Shown: positions 1-13,970 of the stretch, one piece after another
Numbering within the stretch: position 1 is the stretch's first letter
Layout of the letters: each line of letters begins with the position of its first letter
Assembly: GCF_013315695.1 (NCBI RefSeq)
Contig: NZ_CP054353.1
Length of the DNA stretch: 64,000 nucleotides
DNA from: Escherichia coli
GTDB lineage: Bacteria > Pseudomonadota > Gammaproteobacteria > Enterobacterales > Enterobacteriaceae
Reading direction: 5' to 3' (one strand)
Position numbers and translations under genes: made by a program
The notes under the pieces: model-generated
What the model was told of the DNA's origin: nothing
Databases searched by the model: none
Seen by the model: only the letters and a program-made list of their open reading frames with translations

Positions 1-1404
1 GTGTCACTTTCGCTTTGGCAGCAGTGTCTTGCCCGATTGCAGGATGAGTTACCAGCCACAGAATTCAGTATGTGGATACGCCCATTGCAGGCGGAACTGA
101 GCGATAACACGCTGGCCCTGTACGCGCCAAACCGTTTTGTCCTCGATTGGGTACGGGACAAGTACCTTAATAATATCAATGGACTGCTAACCAGTTTCTG
201 CGGAGCGGATGCCCCACAGCTGCGTTTTGAAGTCGGCACCAAACCGGTGACGCAAACGCCACAAGCGGTAGTGACGAGCAACGTCGCGGCCCCTGCACAG
301 GTGGCGCAAACGCAGCCGCAACGTGCTGCGCCTTCTACGCGCTCAGGTTGGGATAACGTCCCGGCCCCGGCAGAACCGACCTATCGTTCTAACGTAAACG
401 TCAAACACACGTTTGATAACTTCGTTGAAGGTAAATCTAACCAACTGGCGCGCGCGGCGGCTCGCCAGGTGGCAGATAACCCTGGCGGTGCTTATAACCC
501 GTTGTTCCTTTATGGCGGCACGGGTTTGGGTAAAACTCACCTGCTGCATGCGGTGGGTAACGGCATTATGGCGCGCAAGCCGAATGCCAAAGTGGTTTAT
601 ATGCACTCCGAGCGCTTTGTTCAGGACATGGTTAAAGCCCTGCAAAACAACGCGATCGAAGAGTTTAAACGCTACTACCGTTCCGTAGATGCACTGCTGA
701 TCGACGATATTCAGTTTTTTGCTAATAAAGAACGATCTCAGGAAGAGTTTTTCCACACCTTCAACGCCCTGCTGGAAGGTAATCAACAGATCATTCTCAC
801 CTCCGATCGCTATCCGAAAGAGATCAACGGCGTTGAGGATCGTTTGAAATCCCGCTTCGGCTGGGGACTGACTGTGGCGATCGAACCGCCAGAGCTGGAA
901 ACCCGCGTGGCGATCCTGATGAAAAAGGCCGACGAAAACGACATTCGTTTGCCGGGCGAAGTGGCGTTCTTTATCGCCAAGCGTCTACGATCTAACGTAC
1001 GTGAGCTGGAAGGCGCGCTGAACCGCGTTATTGCTAACGCCAACTTTACCGGACGTGCGATCACCATCGACTTCGTGCGTGAGGCGCTGCGCGACTTGCT
1101 GGCATTGCAGGAAAAACTGGTCACCATCGACAATATTCAGAAGACGGTGGCGGAGTACTACAAGATCAAAGTCGCGGATCTCCTTTCCAAGCGTCGATCC
1201 CGCTCGGTGGCGCGTCCGCGCCAGATGGCGATGGCGCTGGCGAAAGAACTGACTAACCACAGTCTGCCGGAGATTGGCGATGCGTTTGGTGGCCGTGACC
1301 ACACGACGGTGCTTCATGCCTGCCGTAAGATCGAGCAGCTGCGTGAAGAGAGCCACGATATCAAAGAAGATTTTTCCAATTTAATCAGAACATTGTCATC
1401 GTAA
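1..1404 (+). CDS. dnaA: Chromosomal replication initiator DnaA, 467 aa, GTG start at window position 1
   Basis: ORF track 1..1404; Walker A motif GGTGLGKTH and C-terminal DNA-binding region recognisable; upstream promoter and DnaA boxes lie outside the window. Confidence 0.97.
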   Translation: MSLSLWQQCLARLQDELPATEFSMWIRPLQAELSDNTLALYAPNRFVLDWVRDKYLNNINGLLTSFCGADAPQLRFEVGTKPVTQTPQAVVTSNVAAPAQVAQTQPQRAAPSTRSGWDNVPAPAEPTYRSNVNVKHTFDNFVEGKSNQLARAAARQVADNPGGAYNPLFLYGGTGLGKTHLLHAVGNGIMARKPNAKVVYMHSERFVQDMVKALQNNAIEEFKRYYRSVDALLIDDIQFFANKERSQEEFFHTFNALLEGNQQIILTSDRYPKEINGVEDRLKSRFGWGLTVAIEPPELETRVAILMKKADENDIRLPGEVAFFIAKRLRSNVRELEGALNRVIANANFTGRAITIDFVREALRDLLALQEKLVTIDNIQKTVAEYYKIKVADLLSKRRSRSVARPRQMAMALAKELTNHSLPEIGDAFGGRDHTTVLHACRKIEQLREESHDIKEDFSNLIRTLSS

Positions 1405-1408
1405 ACCT

Positions 1409-2508
1409 ATGAAATTTACCGTAGAACGTGAGCATTTATTAAAACCGCTACAACAGGTGAGCGGGCCGTTAGGTGGTCGTCCTACGCTACCGATTCTCGG
1501 TAATCTGCTGTTACAGGTTGCTGACGGTACGTTGTCGCTGACCGGTACTGATCTCGAGATGGAAATGGTGGCACGCGTTGCGCTGGTTCAGCCACACGAA
1601 CCAGGGGCGACGACCGTTCCAGCGCGCAAATTCTTTGATATCTGCCGTGGTCTGCCTGAAGGCGCGGAAATTGCCGTGCAGCTGGAAGGTGAGCGGATGC
1701 TGGTGCGCTCCGGGCGTAGCCGTTTTTCGCTGTCTACCCTGCCAGCGGCGGATTTCCCGAATCTTGATGACTGGCAGAGCGAAGTCGAATTTACCCTGCC
1801 GCAGGCGACGATGAAGCGTCTGATTGAAGCGACCCAGTTTTCTATGGCGCATCAGGACGTTCGCTATTACTTAAACGGTATGCTGTTCGAAACTGAAGGT
1901 GAAGAACTGCGCACCGTGGCGACCGATGGTCACCGTCTGGCGGTCTGTTCAATGCCAATTGGTCAATCTTTGCCAAGCCATTCGGTGATCGTGCCGCGTA
2001 AAGGCGTGATTGAACTGATGCGTATGCTCGACGGCGGCGACAATCCGCTGCGCGTGCAGATTGGCAGCAACAACATTCGCGCCCACGTTGGCGACTTTAT
2101 CTTCACCTCGAAACTGGTGGATGGTCGCTTCCCGGATTACCGTCGCGTTCTGCCGAAGAACCCGGACAAGCATCTGGAAGCTGGCTGTGATCTGCTCAAG
2201 CAGGCGTTTGCCCGTGCGGCAATTCTCTCTAACGAGAAATTCCGCGGCGTGCGTCTGTATGTCAGCGAAAACCAGCTGAAAATCACCGCCAACAACCCAG
2301 AACAGGAAGAAGCGGAAGAGATCCTCGACGTTACCTATAGCGGTGCGGAGATGGAAATCGGCTTCAACGTCAGCTATGTGCTGGATGTTCTCAACGCGCT
2401 GAAATGCGAAAACGTCCGCATGATGCTGACCGATTCGGTTTCCAGCGTGCAGATTGAAGATGCGGCCAGCCAGAGCGCGGCTTATGTTGTCATGCCAATG
2501 AGACTGTA

Positions 2509-2509
<1 letters not shown>
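1409..2509 (+). CDS. dnaN: DNA polymerase III beta sliding clamp, 366 aa
   Basis: ORF track; N-terminus [23 protein letters not shown]; immediately downstream of dnaA as in the dnaA operon. Confidence 0.97.
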
Positions 2510-6025
<3,516 letters not shown>

Positions 6026-6064
6026 TGGCTTTTTGTTGCTGATAAAATGACTTAGTCGTCAGTC

Positions 6065-6094
6065 CGGGCGGAGATCATCTCCGCCCTTTTTATT
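6065..6094 (+). terminator. Rho-independent terminator downstream of gyrB
   Basis: GC-rich inverted repeat GGGCGGAGATCATCTCCGCCC followed by a T-run. Confidence 0.7.
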
Positions 6095-6168
6095 TCTGCA
6101 ATCCGCAATTATCATCCCGCAGATCTATACTTTTTGGGTCAACACGTAACGCTTTACAGGTGATTATC

Positions 6169-6567
6169 ATGGGGCTTTTTGATGAAGTTGTCGGTGCCTT
6201 TCTGAAAGGCGATGCGGGGAAATATCAGGCGATTTTGAGCTGGGTTGAGGAGCAGGGCGGCATTCAGGTGCTGCTGGAAAAACTGCAAAGTGGCGGTTTA
6301 GGTGCCATTCTCTCAACCTGGCTGAGTAATCAACAGGGCAACCAACCAGTTAGCGGCGAGCAACTGGAATCAGCGCTCGGCACAAATGCGGTGTCCGATC
6401 TCGGGCAAAAACTGGGCGTGGATACCAGTACAGCTTCCAGTTTACTGGCAGAACAATTGCCGAAGATTATTGATGCACTCTCACCGCAAGGTGAAGTGTC
6501 AGCACAAGCCAATAACGATCTGCTTTCCGCAGGCATGGAACTGCTGAAAGGGAAACTCTTCCGCTAA
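6169..6567 (+). CDS. yidB: DUF937 family protein YidB, 132 aa
   Basis: ORF track 6160..6567; start placed at the ATG giving MGLFDEVVGAFLKGD. Confidence 0.85.
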   Translation: MGLFDEVVGAFLKGDAGKYQAILSWVEEQGGIQVLLEKLQSGGLGAILSTWLSNQQGNQPVSGEQLESALGTNAVSDLGQKLGVDTSTASSLLAEQLPKIIDALSPQGEVSAQANNDLLSAGMELLKGKLFR

Positions 6568-6681
6568 GCAAATGGGGAGCATGCAACCCGCATTGCATCC
6601 CCCTTTTCCCTCGGGTGTTGTACTGATTTTTGAGCGGAATCGCGTTAGCATGGGTCAGGAACCAATCTACCTGGGGAACTC

Positions 6682-7494
6682 ATGGCTATCAAACTCATTG
6701 CTATCGATATGGATGGCACCCTTCTGCTGCCCGATCACACCATTTCACCCGCCGTTAAAAATGCGATTGCCGCAGCTCGCGCCCGTGGCGTGAATGTCGT
6801 GCTGACGACGGGTCGCCCTTATGCAGGTGTTCACAATTACCTGAAAGAGCTGCATATGGAACAGCCGGGCGACTACTGCATTACTTATAACGGCGCGCTG
6901 GTACAGAAGGCCGCTGATGGTAGCACCGTGGCGCAAACCGCTCTCAGCTATGACGACTACCGTTTCCTGGAAAAACTCTCTCGCGAAGTCGGTTCTCATT
7001 TCCACGCCCTGGACCGCACCACGCTGTACACCGCCAACCGAGATATCAGCTACTACACGGTGCATGAATCTTTCGTTGCCACCATTCCACTGGTGTTCTG
7101 CGAAGCGGAGAAAATGGACCCCAATACCCAGTTCCTGAAAGTGATGATGATTGATGAACCCGCCATCCTCGACCAGGCCATTGCGCGTATTCCGCAGGAA
7201 GTGAAAGAAAAATACACTGTGCTGAAAAGTGCGCCGTACTTCCTCGAAATCCTCGATAAACGCGTTAACAAAGGTACGGGTGTGAAATCACTGGCCGACG
7301 TGTTAGGCATTAAGCCGGAAGAAGTCATGGCGATTGGCGATCAGGAAAACGACATCGCAATGATTGAATACGCAGGTGTTGGTGTGGCAATGGATAACGC
7401 TATTCCTTCGGTGAAAGAAGTGGCGAACTTTGTCACCAAATCCAACCTGGAAGATGGCGTGGCGTTTGCTATTGAGAAGTATGTGCTGAATTAA
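6682..7494 (+). CDS. yidA: HAD-superfamily sugar phosphatase YidA, 270 aa
   Basis: ORF track; HAD motif I (IAIDMDGTLL) near N-terminus. Confidence 0.93.
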   Translation: MAIKLIAIDMDGTLLLPDHTISPAVKNAIAAARARGVNVVLTTGRPYAGVHNYLKELHMEQPGDYCITYNGALVQKAADGSTVAQTALSYDDYRFLEKLSREVGSHFHALDRTTLYTANRDISYYTVHESFVATIPLVFCEAEKMDPNTQFLKVMMIDEPAILDQAIARIPQEVKEKYTVLKSAPYFLEILDKRVNKGTGVKSLADVLGIKPEEVMAIGDQENDIAMIEYAGVGVAMDNAIPSVKEVANFVTKSNLEDGVAFAIEKYVLN

Positions 7495-7501
7495 TCAGTG
7501 G

Positions 7502-7531
7502 GCGGGCAAACTGCATAAATGCGTTTGCCCG
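7502..7531. terminator. Intergenic hairpin between convergent yidA and yidX, possible bidirectional terminator
   Basis: Inverted repeat GCGGGCAAAC...GTTTGCCCGC; no clear T-run on either side. Confidence 0.4.
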
Positions 7532-7537
7532 CAGCGA

Positions 7538-8194
7538 TTAACAATTTCTGGTCGTGCATAAAATCAGGAACTGGAGTGGTGACGTTACTATATCCAGCGT
7601 AAGAGTGACTGGTAGCAGCGCATTAGCGAGGCCGCGCGGAACGCCATCAGTTGCTTTGTACTTATAAAATCCCACCGTAAAGGGTTGATGGAAAACCATC
7701 ACGTTTGAGTAATCCGCTTTTTTATTTTTCTGGTGGATAGAGCCTTTCAGGCCGTCAAGTGCCCAGGTACAACGCTGGGTATTACAAATAAAACCATATT
7801 GTGTCGCCAGTGCTTTATCTTCCTCATTATCCCAGTCGTAATAGAGCGTTATTGAACCAGAAAAATTAGTATCACTGCTGCTTAAAATAAATTTCGCGTT
7901 ATCAGAAACGGTGATTCTTTCACCATGAATTGCCGGATCGTTTAGCATTTTAACCACCTCACCGCCGCCGGTGGTCAACAGATAGTCCAACGATTCACCA
8001 ACAAAAACATAGCCTTTCGTACCGTTACTATCTTCTGCCAGCGATAAACCCTTAATCGTGTCTGACCGCCATTGCTCGGCATGTGGACGGCTTGCAGTAT
8101 TGGAAACCAATCCCCAGGTGATACATCCGGTCAACGCAAATGCCAAAGAACACAAACCGGCAGCCTTAAAAAATCCCTTAAAATTCAACTTCAT
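7538..8194 (-). CDS. yidX: Predicted lipoprotein YidX, 218 aa
   Basis: ORF track 7538..8299 (253 aa); start trimmed to the internal ATG giving [24 protein letters not shown], a lipoprotein signal with lipobox LTGC. Confidence 0.8.
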   Translation of the reverse strand: MKLNFKGFFKAAGLCSLAFALTGCITWGLVSNTASRPHAEQWRSDTIKGLSLAEDSNGTKGYVFVGESLDYLLTTGGGEVVKMLNDPAIHGERITVSDNAKFILSSSDTNFSGSITLYYDWDNEEDKALATQYGFICNTQRCTWALDGLKGSIHQKNKKADYSNVMVFHQPFTVGFYKYKATDGVPRGLANALLPVTLTLDIVTSPLQFLILCTTRNC

Positions 8195-8330
8195 GATTAA
8201 TCCTTTAAACGAGTAGCTAAGCCGTTGAAAGCATACTCTTCTTTCCCTCCTGTTTAGCGCCTGTTCTCCCTTTTCAGATTTCTGCCCGACGCATGTCATT
8301 TTTTATGCATTGTTCTTTTTGTGATCTAAA

Positions 8331-8364
8331 TTGTAGTACAACAGTATAATTTTGTACTACATTA
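8331..8364 (+). promoter_or_regulatory. dgo promoter/operator region with DgoR-type inverted repeats and a TATAAT -10 hexamer (8345..8350)
   Basis: TTGTAGTACAA and TTGTACTACA half-sites flank a perfect TATAAT about 110 bp upstream of dgoR; assignment to DgoR by position and established operon knowledge. Confidence 0.55.
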
Positions 8365-8470
8365 CGCACACGGCAAACGCGAACGTCATCACGCTGGTAC
8401 TACAAAGTTGCCGCGTTATGCATCGATCGGGGTAAAGTAGAGAAGAACATACAGAGCACAAGGACTCTCC

Positions 8471-9160
8471 ATGACTCTCAATAAAACCGATCGCATCGTT
8501 ATTACGCTGGGTAAACAGATCGTTCACGGCAAATACGTACCAGGCTCTCCACTTCCGGCTGAGGCGGAGCTCTGTGAAGAGTTTGCAACCTCGCGCAACA
8601 TCATCCGTGAGGTGTTCCGTTCGCTGATGGCGAAGCGGCTGATTGAAATGAAACGTTATCGCGGGGCGTTTGTGGCTCCGCGTAACCAGTGGAATTACCT
8701 CGACACTGACGTACTGCAATGGGTGCTGGAAAACGACTACGACCCACGGCTTATCAGTGCCATGAGCGAAGTGCGAAATCTGGTGGAACCGGCGATTGCC
8801 CGTTGGGCGGCAGAACGCGCGACTTCCAGCGATCTGGCGCAGATTGAATCGGCGCTGAACGAGATGATTGCCAACAATCAGGACCGCGAAGCGTTTAACG
8901 AAGCGGATATTCGCTACCACGAGGCGGTGCTGCAGTCGGTGCATAACCCGGTGTTACAGCAACTTAGCATTGCGATCAGTTCGCTGCAGCGGGCGGTTTT
9001 TGAACGAACCTGGATGGGCGATGAGGCCAACATGCCGCAAACGCTCCAGGAACATAAGGCGCTGTTCGATGCGATACGGCATCAGGACGGCGATGCGGCA
9101 GAGCAGGCGGCGCTTACCATGATAGCCAGCTCGACACGAAGGTTAAAGGAAATCACATGA
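8471..9160 (+). CDS. dgoR: GntR/FadR-family repressor of D-galactonate catabolism DgoR, 229 aa
   Basis: ORF track; N-terminal winged-helix region, first gene of the dgo operon. Confidence 0.93.
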   Translation: MTLNKTDRIVITLGKQIVHGKYVPGSPLPAEAELCEEFATSRNIIREVFRSLMAKRLIEMKRYRGAFVAPRNQWNYLDTDVLQWVLENDYDPRLISAMSEVRNLVEPAIARWAAERATSSDLAQIESALNEMIANNQDREAFNEADIRYHEAVLQSVHNPVLQQLSIAISSLQRAVFERTWMGDEANMPQTLQEHKALFDAIRHQDGDAAEQAALTMIASSTRRLKEIT

Positions 9161-10035
9161 CAGCTCGCTACATCGCAATTGACTGGGGATCGACCAATCT
9201 GCGCGCCTGGCTTTATCAGGGCGACCACTGCCTGGACAGCAGGCAATCAGAAGCAGGCGTCACGCGCCTGAACGGAAAATCTCCGGCTGCGGTGTTAGCA
9301 GAAGTGACGACCGACTGGCGTGAAGAGAATACGCCAGTGGTGATGGCAGGAATGGTCGGCAGCAATGTCGGCTGGAAAGTTGCGCCGTATTTATCTGTTC
9401 CTGCCCGTTTTTCATCTATTGGCGAACAATTAACGTCTGTTGGCGACAATATCTGGATTATTCCCGGATTATGCATCTCTCATGACGATAACCACAATGT
9501 GATGCGCGGCGAAGAAACACAATTGATCGGCGCGCGCACTTTGGCTCCTTCCTCTCTTTATGTTATGCCCGGAACCCATTGCAAATGGGTGCAGGCCGAT
9601 AGCCAGCAAATCAACGATTTTCGCACCGTAATGACCGGTGAATTACATCATTTACTGTTAAATCACTCATTGATTGGCGCAGGTTTGCCGCCGCAGGAAA
9701 ACTCTGCCGATGCCTTCGCGGCTGGCCTTGAGCGTGGCCTTAATGCGCCCGCCATATTGCCGCAGCTTTTTGAAGTTCGCGCCTCGCATGTGCTGGGAAC
9801 ACTTCTCCGCGAACAGGTCAGTGAATTTCTCTCTGGTTTGTTGATTGGCGCAGAGGTTGCCAGTATGCGCGACTATGTAACCCATCAACACGCCATCACC
9901 CTTGTCGCCGGAACATCGCTGACCGCGCGCTACCAGCAAGCCTTTCAGGCGATGGGGTGCGACGTGACGGCGGTGGCGGGCGACACGGCATTTCAGGCTG
10001 GTATAAGGAGCATCGCTCATGCAGTGGCAAACTAA
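9157..10035 (+). CDS. dgoK: 2-dehydro-3-deoxygalactonokinase DgoK, 292 aa
   Basis: ORF track; start overlaps dgoR stop (ATGA). Confidence 0.93.
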   Translation: MTARYIAIDWGSTNLRAWLYQGDHCLDSRQSEAGVTRLNGKSPAAVLAEVTTDWREENTPVVMAGMVGSNVGWKVAPYLSVPARFSSIGEQLTSVGDNIWIIPGLCISHDDNHNVMRGEETQLIGARTLAPSSLYVMPGTHCKWVQADSQQINDFRTVMTGELHHLLLNHSLIGAGLPPQENSADAFAAGLERGLNAPAILPQLFEVRASHVLGTLLREQVSEFLSGLLIGAEVASMRDYVTHQHAITLVAGTSLTARYQQAFQAMGCDVTAVAGDTAFQAGIRSIAHAVAN

Positions 10036-10636
10036 ACTCCCGCTGATCGCCATTTTGCGCGGCATTACGCCCGACGAGGCGCTGGCGCATGTTGGCGCGG
10101 TGATTGACGCTGGGTTCGACGCGGTAGAAATCCCGCTGAACTCTCCACTATGGGAACAAAGCATTCCCGCCATCGTTGATGCGCATGGCGACAAGGCGTT
10201 GATTGGCGCAGGTACGGTACTGAAACCTGAACAGGTCGATGCACTCGCCAGGATGGGCTGCCAGCTCATCGTTACGCCCAATATCCATAGTGAAGTGATC
10301 CGCCGTGCGGTGGGCTACGGCATGACCGTTTGCCCCGGCTGCGCGACGGCGACCGAAGCCTTTACCGCGCTCGACGCGGGCGCGCAGGCGCTGAAAATAT
10401 TTCCGTCATCGGCTTTTGGTCCGCAATACATCAAAGCGTTAAAAGCGGTATTACCACCGGACATCGCGGTCTTTGCCGTTGGCGGCGTGACGCCAGAAAA
10501 CCTGGCGCAGTGGATAGACGCAGGTTGTGCAGGGGCGGGCTTAGGCAGCGATCTCTATCGCGCCGGGCAATCCGTAGAACGCACCGCGCAGCAGGCAGCA
10601 GCATTTGTTAAGGCGTATCGAGAGGCAGTGCAATGA
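10019..10636 (+). CDS. dgoA: 2-dehydro-3-deoxy-6-phosphogalactonate aldolase DgoA, 205 aa
   Basis: ORF track; overlaps dgoK 3' end by 17 nt. Confidence 0.93.
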   Translation: MQWQTKLPLIAILRGITPDEALAHVGAVIDAGFDAVEIPLNSPLWEQSIPAIVDAHGDKALIGAGTVLKPEQVDALARMGCQLIVTPNIHSEVIRRAVGYGMTVCPGCATATEAFTALDAGAQALKIFPSSAFGPQYIKALKAVLPPDIAVFAVGGVTPENLAQWIDAGCAGAGLGSDLYRAGQSVERTAQQAAAFVKAYREAVQ

Positions 10637-11589
10637 AAATCACCAAAATTACCACGTATCGTTTACCTCCCCGCTGGATGTTCCTGAAAATTGAAACCGA
10701 TGAAGGCGTGGTCGGCTGGGGCGAGCCCGTGATTGAAGGCCGCGCTCGCACTGTGGAAGCGGCAGTCCACGAGCTGAGTGACTATTTGATTGGTCAGGAC
10801 CCGTCACGCATCAACGACTTATGGCAAGTGATGTATCGCGCCGGATTTTATCGTGGCGGTCCGATTCTGATGAGTGCCATCGCCGGTATCGACCAGGCGT
10901 TATGGGATATCAAAGGCAAAGTGCTGAATGCGCCGGTGTGGCAACTGATGGGCGGCCTGGTTCGCGACAAAATTAAAGCCTACAGTTGGGTCGGCGGCGA
11001 TCGTCCGGCGGATGTTATCGACGGCATTAAAACCCTGCGCGAAATCGGCTTCGATACCTTCAAACTGAACGGTTGTGAAGAACTGGGGCTAATTGATAAC
11101 TCCCGCGCGGTAGATGCGGCAGTCAACACCGTGGCACAAATTCGTGAAGCCTTTGGCAATCAGATTGAGTTTGGTCTTGATTTCCACGGTCGCGTCAGCG
11201 CGCCGATGGCGAAAGTGCTGATTAAAGAACTGGAGCCGTATCGCCCGCTGTTTATTGAAGAGCCGGTGCTGGCGGAACAGGCCGAATACTACCCGAAACT
11301 GGCGGCACAAACACATATTCCTCTGGCGGCGGGTGAACGCATGTTCTCACGCTTCGATTTTAAACGCGTGCTGGAGGCGGGCGGTATTTCGATTCTGCAA
11401 CCAGATCTCTCTCATGCAGGCGGTATTACCGAATGCTACAAAATTGCCGGAATGGCAGAAGCCTATGACGTGACCCTTGCGCCGCACTGTCCGCTCGGAC
11501 CGATTGCACTGGCGGCTTGTCTGCATATCGACTTTGTTTCCTATAACGCCGTACTTCAGGAACAAAGTATGGGAATTCATTACAACAAA

Positions 11590-11598
11590 GGCGCGGAG
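11590..11598. repeat. IS1 target-site duplication, left copy (GGCGCGGAG)
   Basis: Identical 9-mer directly abuts both IS1 ends. Confidence 0.95.
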
Positions 11599-11653
11599 GG
11601 TGATGCTGCCAACTTACTGATTTAGTGTATGATGGTGTTTTTGAGGTGCTCCA

Positions 11654-11929
11654 GTGGCTTCTGTTTCTATCAGCTGTCCCTCCTGTTCAGCTACTGACGG
11701 GGTGGTGCGTAACGGCAAAAGCACCGCCGGACATCAGCGCTATCTCTGCTCTCACTGCCGTAAAACATGGCAACTGCAGTTCACTTACACCGCTTCTCAA
11801 CCCGGTACGCACCAGAAAATCATTGATATGGCCATGAATGGCGTTGGATGCCGGGCAACAGCCCGCATTATGGGCGTTGGCCTCAACACGATTTTACGTC
11901 ACTTAAAAAACTCAGGCCGCAGTCGGTAA
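11654..11929 (+). CDS. insA: IS1 InsA, 91 aa
   Basis: ORF track protein [39 protein letters not shown]..., recognised as IS1 InsA. Confidence 0.95.
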
Positions 11930-12351
11930 CCTCGCGCATACAGCCGGGCAGTGACGTCATCGTCTGCGCGGAAATGGACGAACAGTGGGGCTATGTCGGG
12001 GCTAAATCGCGCCAGCGCTGGCTGTTTTACGCGTATGACAGGCTCCGGAAGACGGTTGTTGCGCACGTATTCGGTGAACGCACTATGGCGACGCTGGGGC
12101 GTCTTATGAGCCTGCTGTCACCCTTTGACGTGGTGATATGGATGACGGATGGCTGGCCGCTGTATGAATCCCGCCTGAAGGGAAAGCTGCACGTAATCAG
12201 CAAGCGATATACGCAGCGAATTGAGCGGCATAACCTGAATCTGAGGCAGCACCTGGCACGGCTGGGACGGAAGTCGCTGTCGTTCTCAAAATCGGTGGAG
12301 CTGCATGACAAAGTCATCGGGCATTATCTGAACATAAAACACTATCAATAA
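11848..12351 (+). CDS. insB: IS1 InsB reading frame, 167 aa; expressed as the InsAB' transposase by -1 frameshift from insA
   Basis: ORF track 11848..12351 overlapping the insA 3' end in the -1 frame. Confidence 0.9.
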
Positions 12352-12366
12352 GTTGGAGTCATTACC

Positions 12367-12375
12367 GGCGCGGAG
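12367..12375. repeat. IS1 target-site duplication, right copy (GGCGCGGAG)
   Basis: Identical to 11590..11598. Confidence 0.95.
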
Positions 12376-12677
12376 TTACTCGACTTTGTGAAAAACAAAG
12401 AAGACTTCAGCATGGTTGGCGGCTTCTTTAAACCGCTAACGAAACCGGGCTTAGGCGTAGAAATCGACGAAGCTAAAGTTATTGAGTTCAGTAAAAATGC
12501 CCCGGACTGGCGTAATCCGCTCTGGCGTCATGAAGATAACAGCGTAGCAGAGTGGTAATTCCTGCCACGTAAGCCCCTCATCGGGCACTAAAACAGCAAT
12601 ACAAAAATATAACCCTCTGTAAATTACAGGGCATGGTGAGCGGCTTCGCTATGCCCAAAATCTGGAGAAAGCTCGCT

Positions 12678-13970
12678 ATGGATATTCCCGTTAATGCAGC
12701 AAAGCCGGGGCGTCGGCGTTATCTGACGCTGGTGATGATCTTTATTACGGTGGTCATTTGTTATGTTGACCGCGCTAACCTGGCCGTGGCTTCCGCCCAT
12801 ATTCAGGAAGAGTTCGGTATTACCAAAGCGGAAATGGGCTATGTATTTTCGGCCTTCGCCTGGCTTTATACGCTATGTCAGATCCCCGGTGGTTGGTTTT
12901 TAGATCGCGTAGGTTCACGCGTGACTTATTTTATTGCGATATTTGGCTGGTCAGTGGCGACGTTATTCCAGGGCTTTGCCACGGGATTAATGTCATTAAT
13001 TGGTCTGCGCGCGATAACCGGTATTTTCGAAGCGCCCGCTTTCCCGACCAATAACCGGATGGTGACCAGTTGGTTCCCGGAACATGAACGTGCTTCTGCC
13101 GTTGGTTTTTATACGTCTGGTCAGTTTGTCGGTCTGGCGTTTCTGACTCCGCTGCTGATCTGGATTCAGGAGATGTTGAGCTGGCACTGGGTGTTCATCG
13201 TCACCGGTGGTATCGGCATTATCTGGTCGCTGATTTGGTTTAAGGTTTATCAGCCGCCGCGCCTGACTAAAGGCATCAGCAAAGCTGAACTGGATTACAT
13301 TCGTGATGGCGGCGGTCTGGTGGATGGCGATGCGCCGGTGAAAAAAGAGGCGCGTCAGCCGTTAACAGCCAAAGACTGGAAACTGGTGTTCCATCGTAAA
13401 CTGATCGGTGTCTATCTTGGGCAATTTGCGGTGGCTTCTACACTGTGGTTTTTCTTAACCTGGTTCCCGAACTATTTAACCCAGGAAAAAGGAATCACGG
13501 CGCTGAAAGCAGGCTTTATGACCACGGTGCCGTTCCTCGCGGCGTTTATTGGCGTCCTGCTCTCTGGCTGGGTCGCGGATCTGCTGGTACGTAAGGGCTT
13601 TTCACTGGGCTTTGCGCGTAAAACGCCGATTATCTGCGGCTTGCTGATCTCCACCTGCATTATGGGCGCTAACTACACTAACGATCCGATGATGATTATG
13701 TGCCTGATGGCGCTGGCATTCTTCGGCAACGGTTTTGCTTCGATTACCTGGTCGCTGGTTTCTTCTCTGGCACCGATGCGCCTGATTGGTTTAACCGGCG
13801 GCGTGTTTAACTTTGCCGGTGGTCTGGGCGGCATCACTGTTCCGCTGGTGGTGGGGTACCTGGCGCAGGGTTACGGTTTCGCACCTGCACTGGTTTATAT
13901 CTCCGCCGTTGCGTTGATTGGCGCGCTCTCTTACATCCTGCTGGTGGGCGATGTGAAGCGCGTTGGCTAA
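12678..13970 (+). CDS. dgoT: D-galactonate:H+ symporter DgoT (MFS), 430 aa
   Basis: ORF track 12633..13970; start placed at the ATG giving [22 protein letters not shown]. Confidence 0.9.
   Translation: MDIPVNAAKPGRRRYLTLVMIFITVVICYVDRANLAVASAHIQEEFGITKAEMGYVFSAFAWLYTLCQIPGGWFLDRVGSRVTYFIAIFGWSVATLFQGFATGLMSLIGLRAITGIFEAPAFPTNNRMVTSWFPEHERASAVGFYTSGQFVGLAFLTPLLIWIQEMLSWHWVFIVTGGIGIIWSLIWFKVYQPPRLTKGISKAELDYIRDGGGLVDGDAPVKKEARQPLTAKDWKLVFHRKLIGVYLGQFAVASTLWFFLTWFPNYLTQEKGITALKAGFMTTVPFLAAFIGVLLSGWVADLLVRKGFSLGFARKTPIICGLLISTCIMGANYTNDPMMIMCLMALAFFGNGFASITWSLVSSLAPMRLIGLTGGVFNFAGGLGGITVPLVVGYLAQGYGFAPALVYISAVALIGALSYILLVGDVKRVG

Larger units (their letters stand above)
11599..12366 (+). mobile_element. 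Insertion sequence IS1, complete 768 bp
   Basis: Terminal inverted repeats GGTGATGCTGCCAACTTACTGAT (left) and GGTAATGACTCCAACTTATTGAT (right, reverse complement); contains insA and insB; flanked by a 9-bp direct repeat. Confidence 0.97.
10633..12558 (+). pseudogene. dgoD: D-galactonate dehydratase gene dgoD split by IS1: 5' part 10633..11598 (stops at 11625 inside IS1), 3' part 12367..12558
   Basis: ORF 10633..11625 has the enolase-superfamily N-terminus but ends 15 codons into IS1; the frame resuming at 12367 ([14 protein letters not shown]...NSVAEW) continues the same protein to the stop at 12558. Confidence 0.93.

Noticed and set aside
343-1356. Antisense and alternative-frame ORFs inside dnaA (343..786 -, 413..688 +, 810..1133 -, 985..1356 -, 1031..1252 +)
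   Set aside because: They lie entirely within a strongly supported conserved gene, have no recognisable domains, and are typical shadow ORFs of GC-rich coding DNA. The same applies to similar nested ORFs inside gyrB, ilvC, rep, rhlB, wecA and other genes.
1-1404. oriC or DnaA-box cluster at the window start
   Set aside because: The window begins exactly at the dnaA start codon, so the dnaA promoter and DnaA boxes are not included; oriC normally lies about 40 kb from dnaA and is not in this window.
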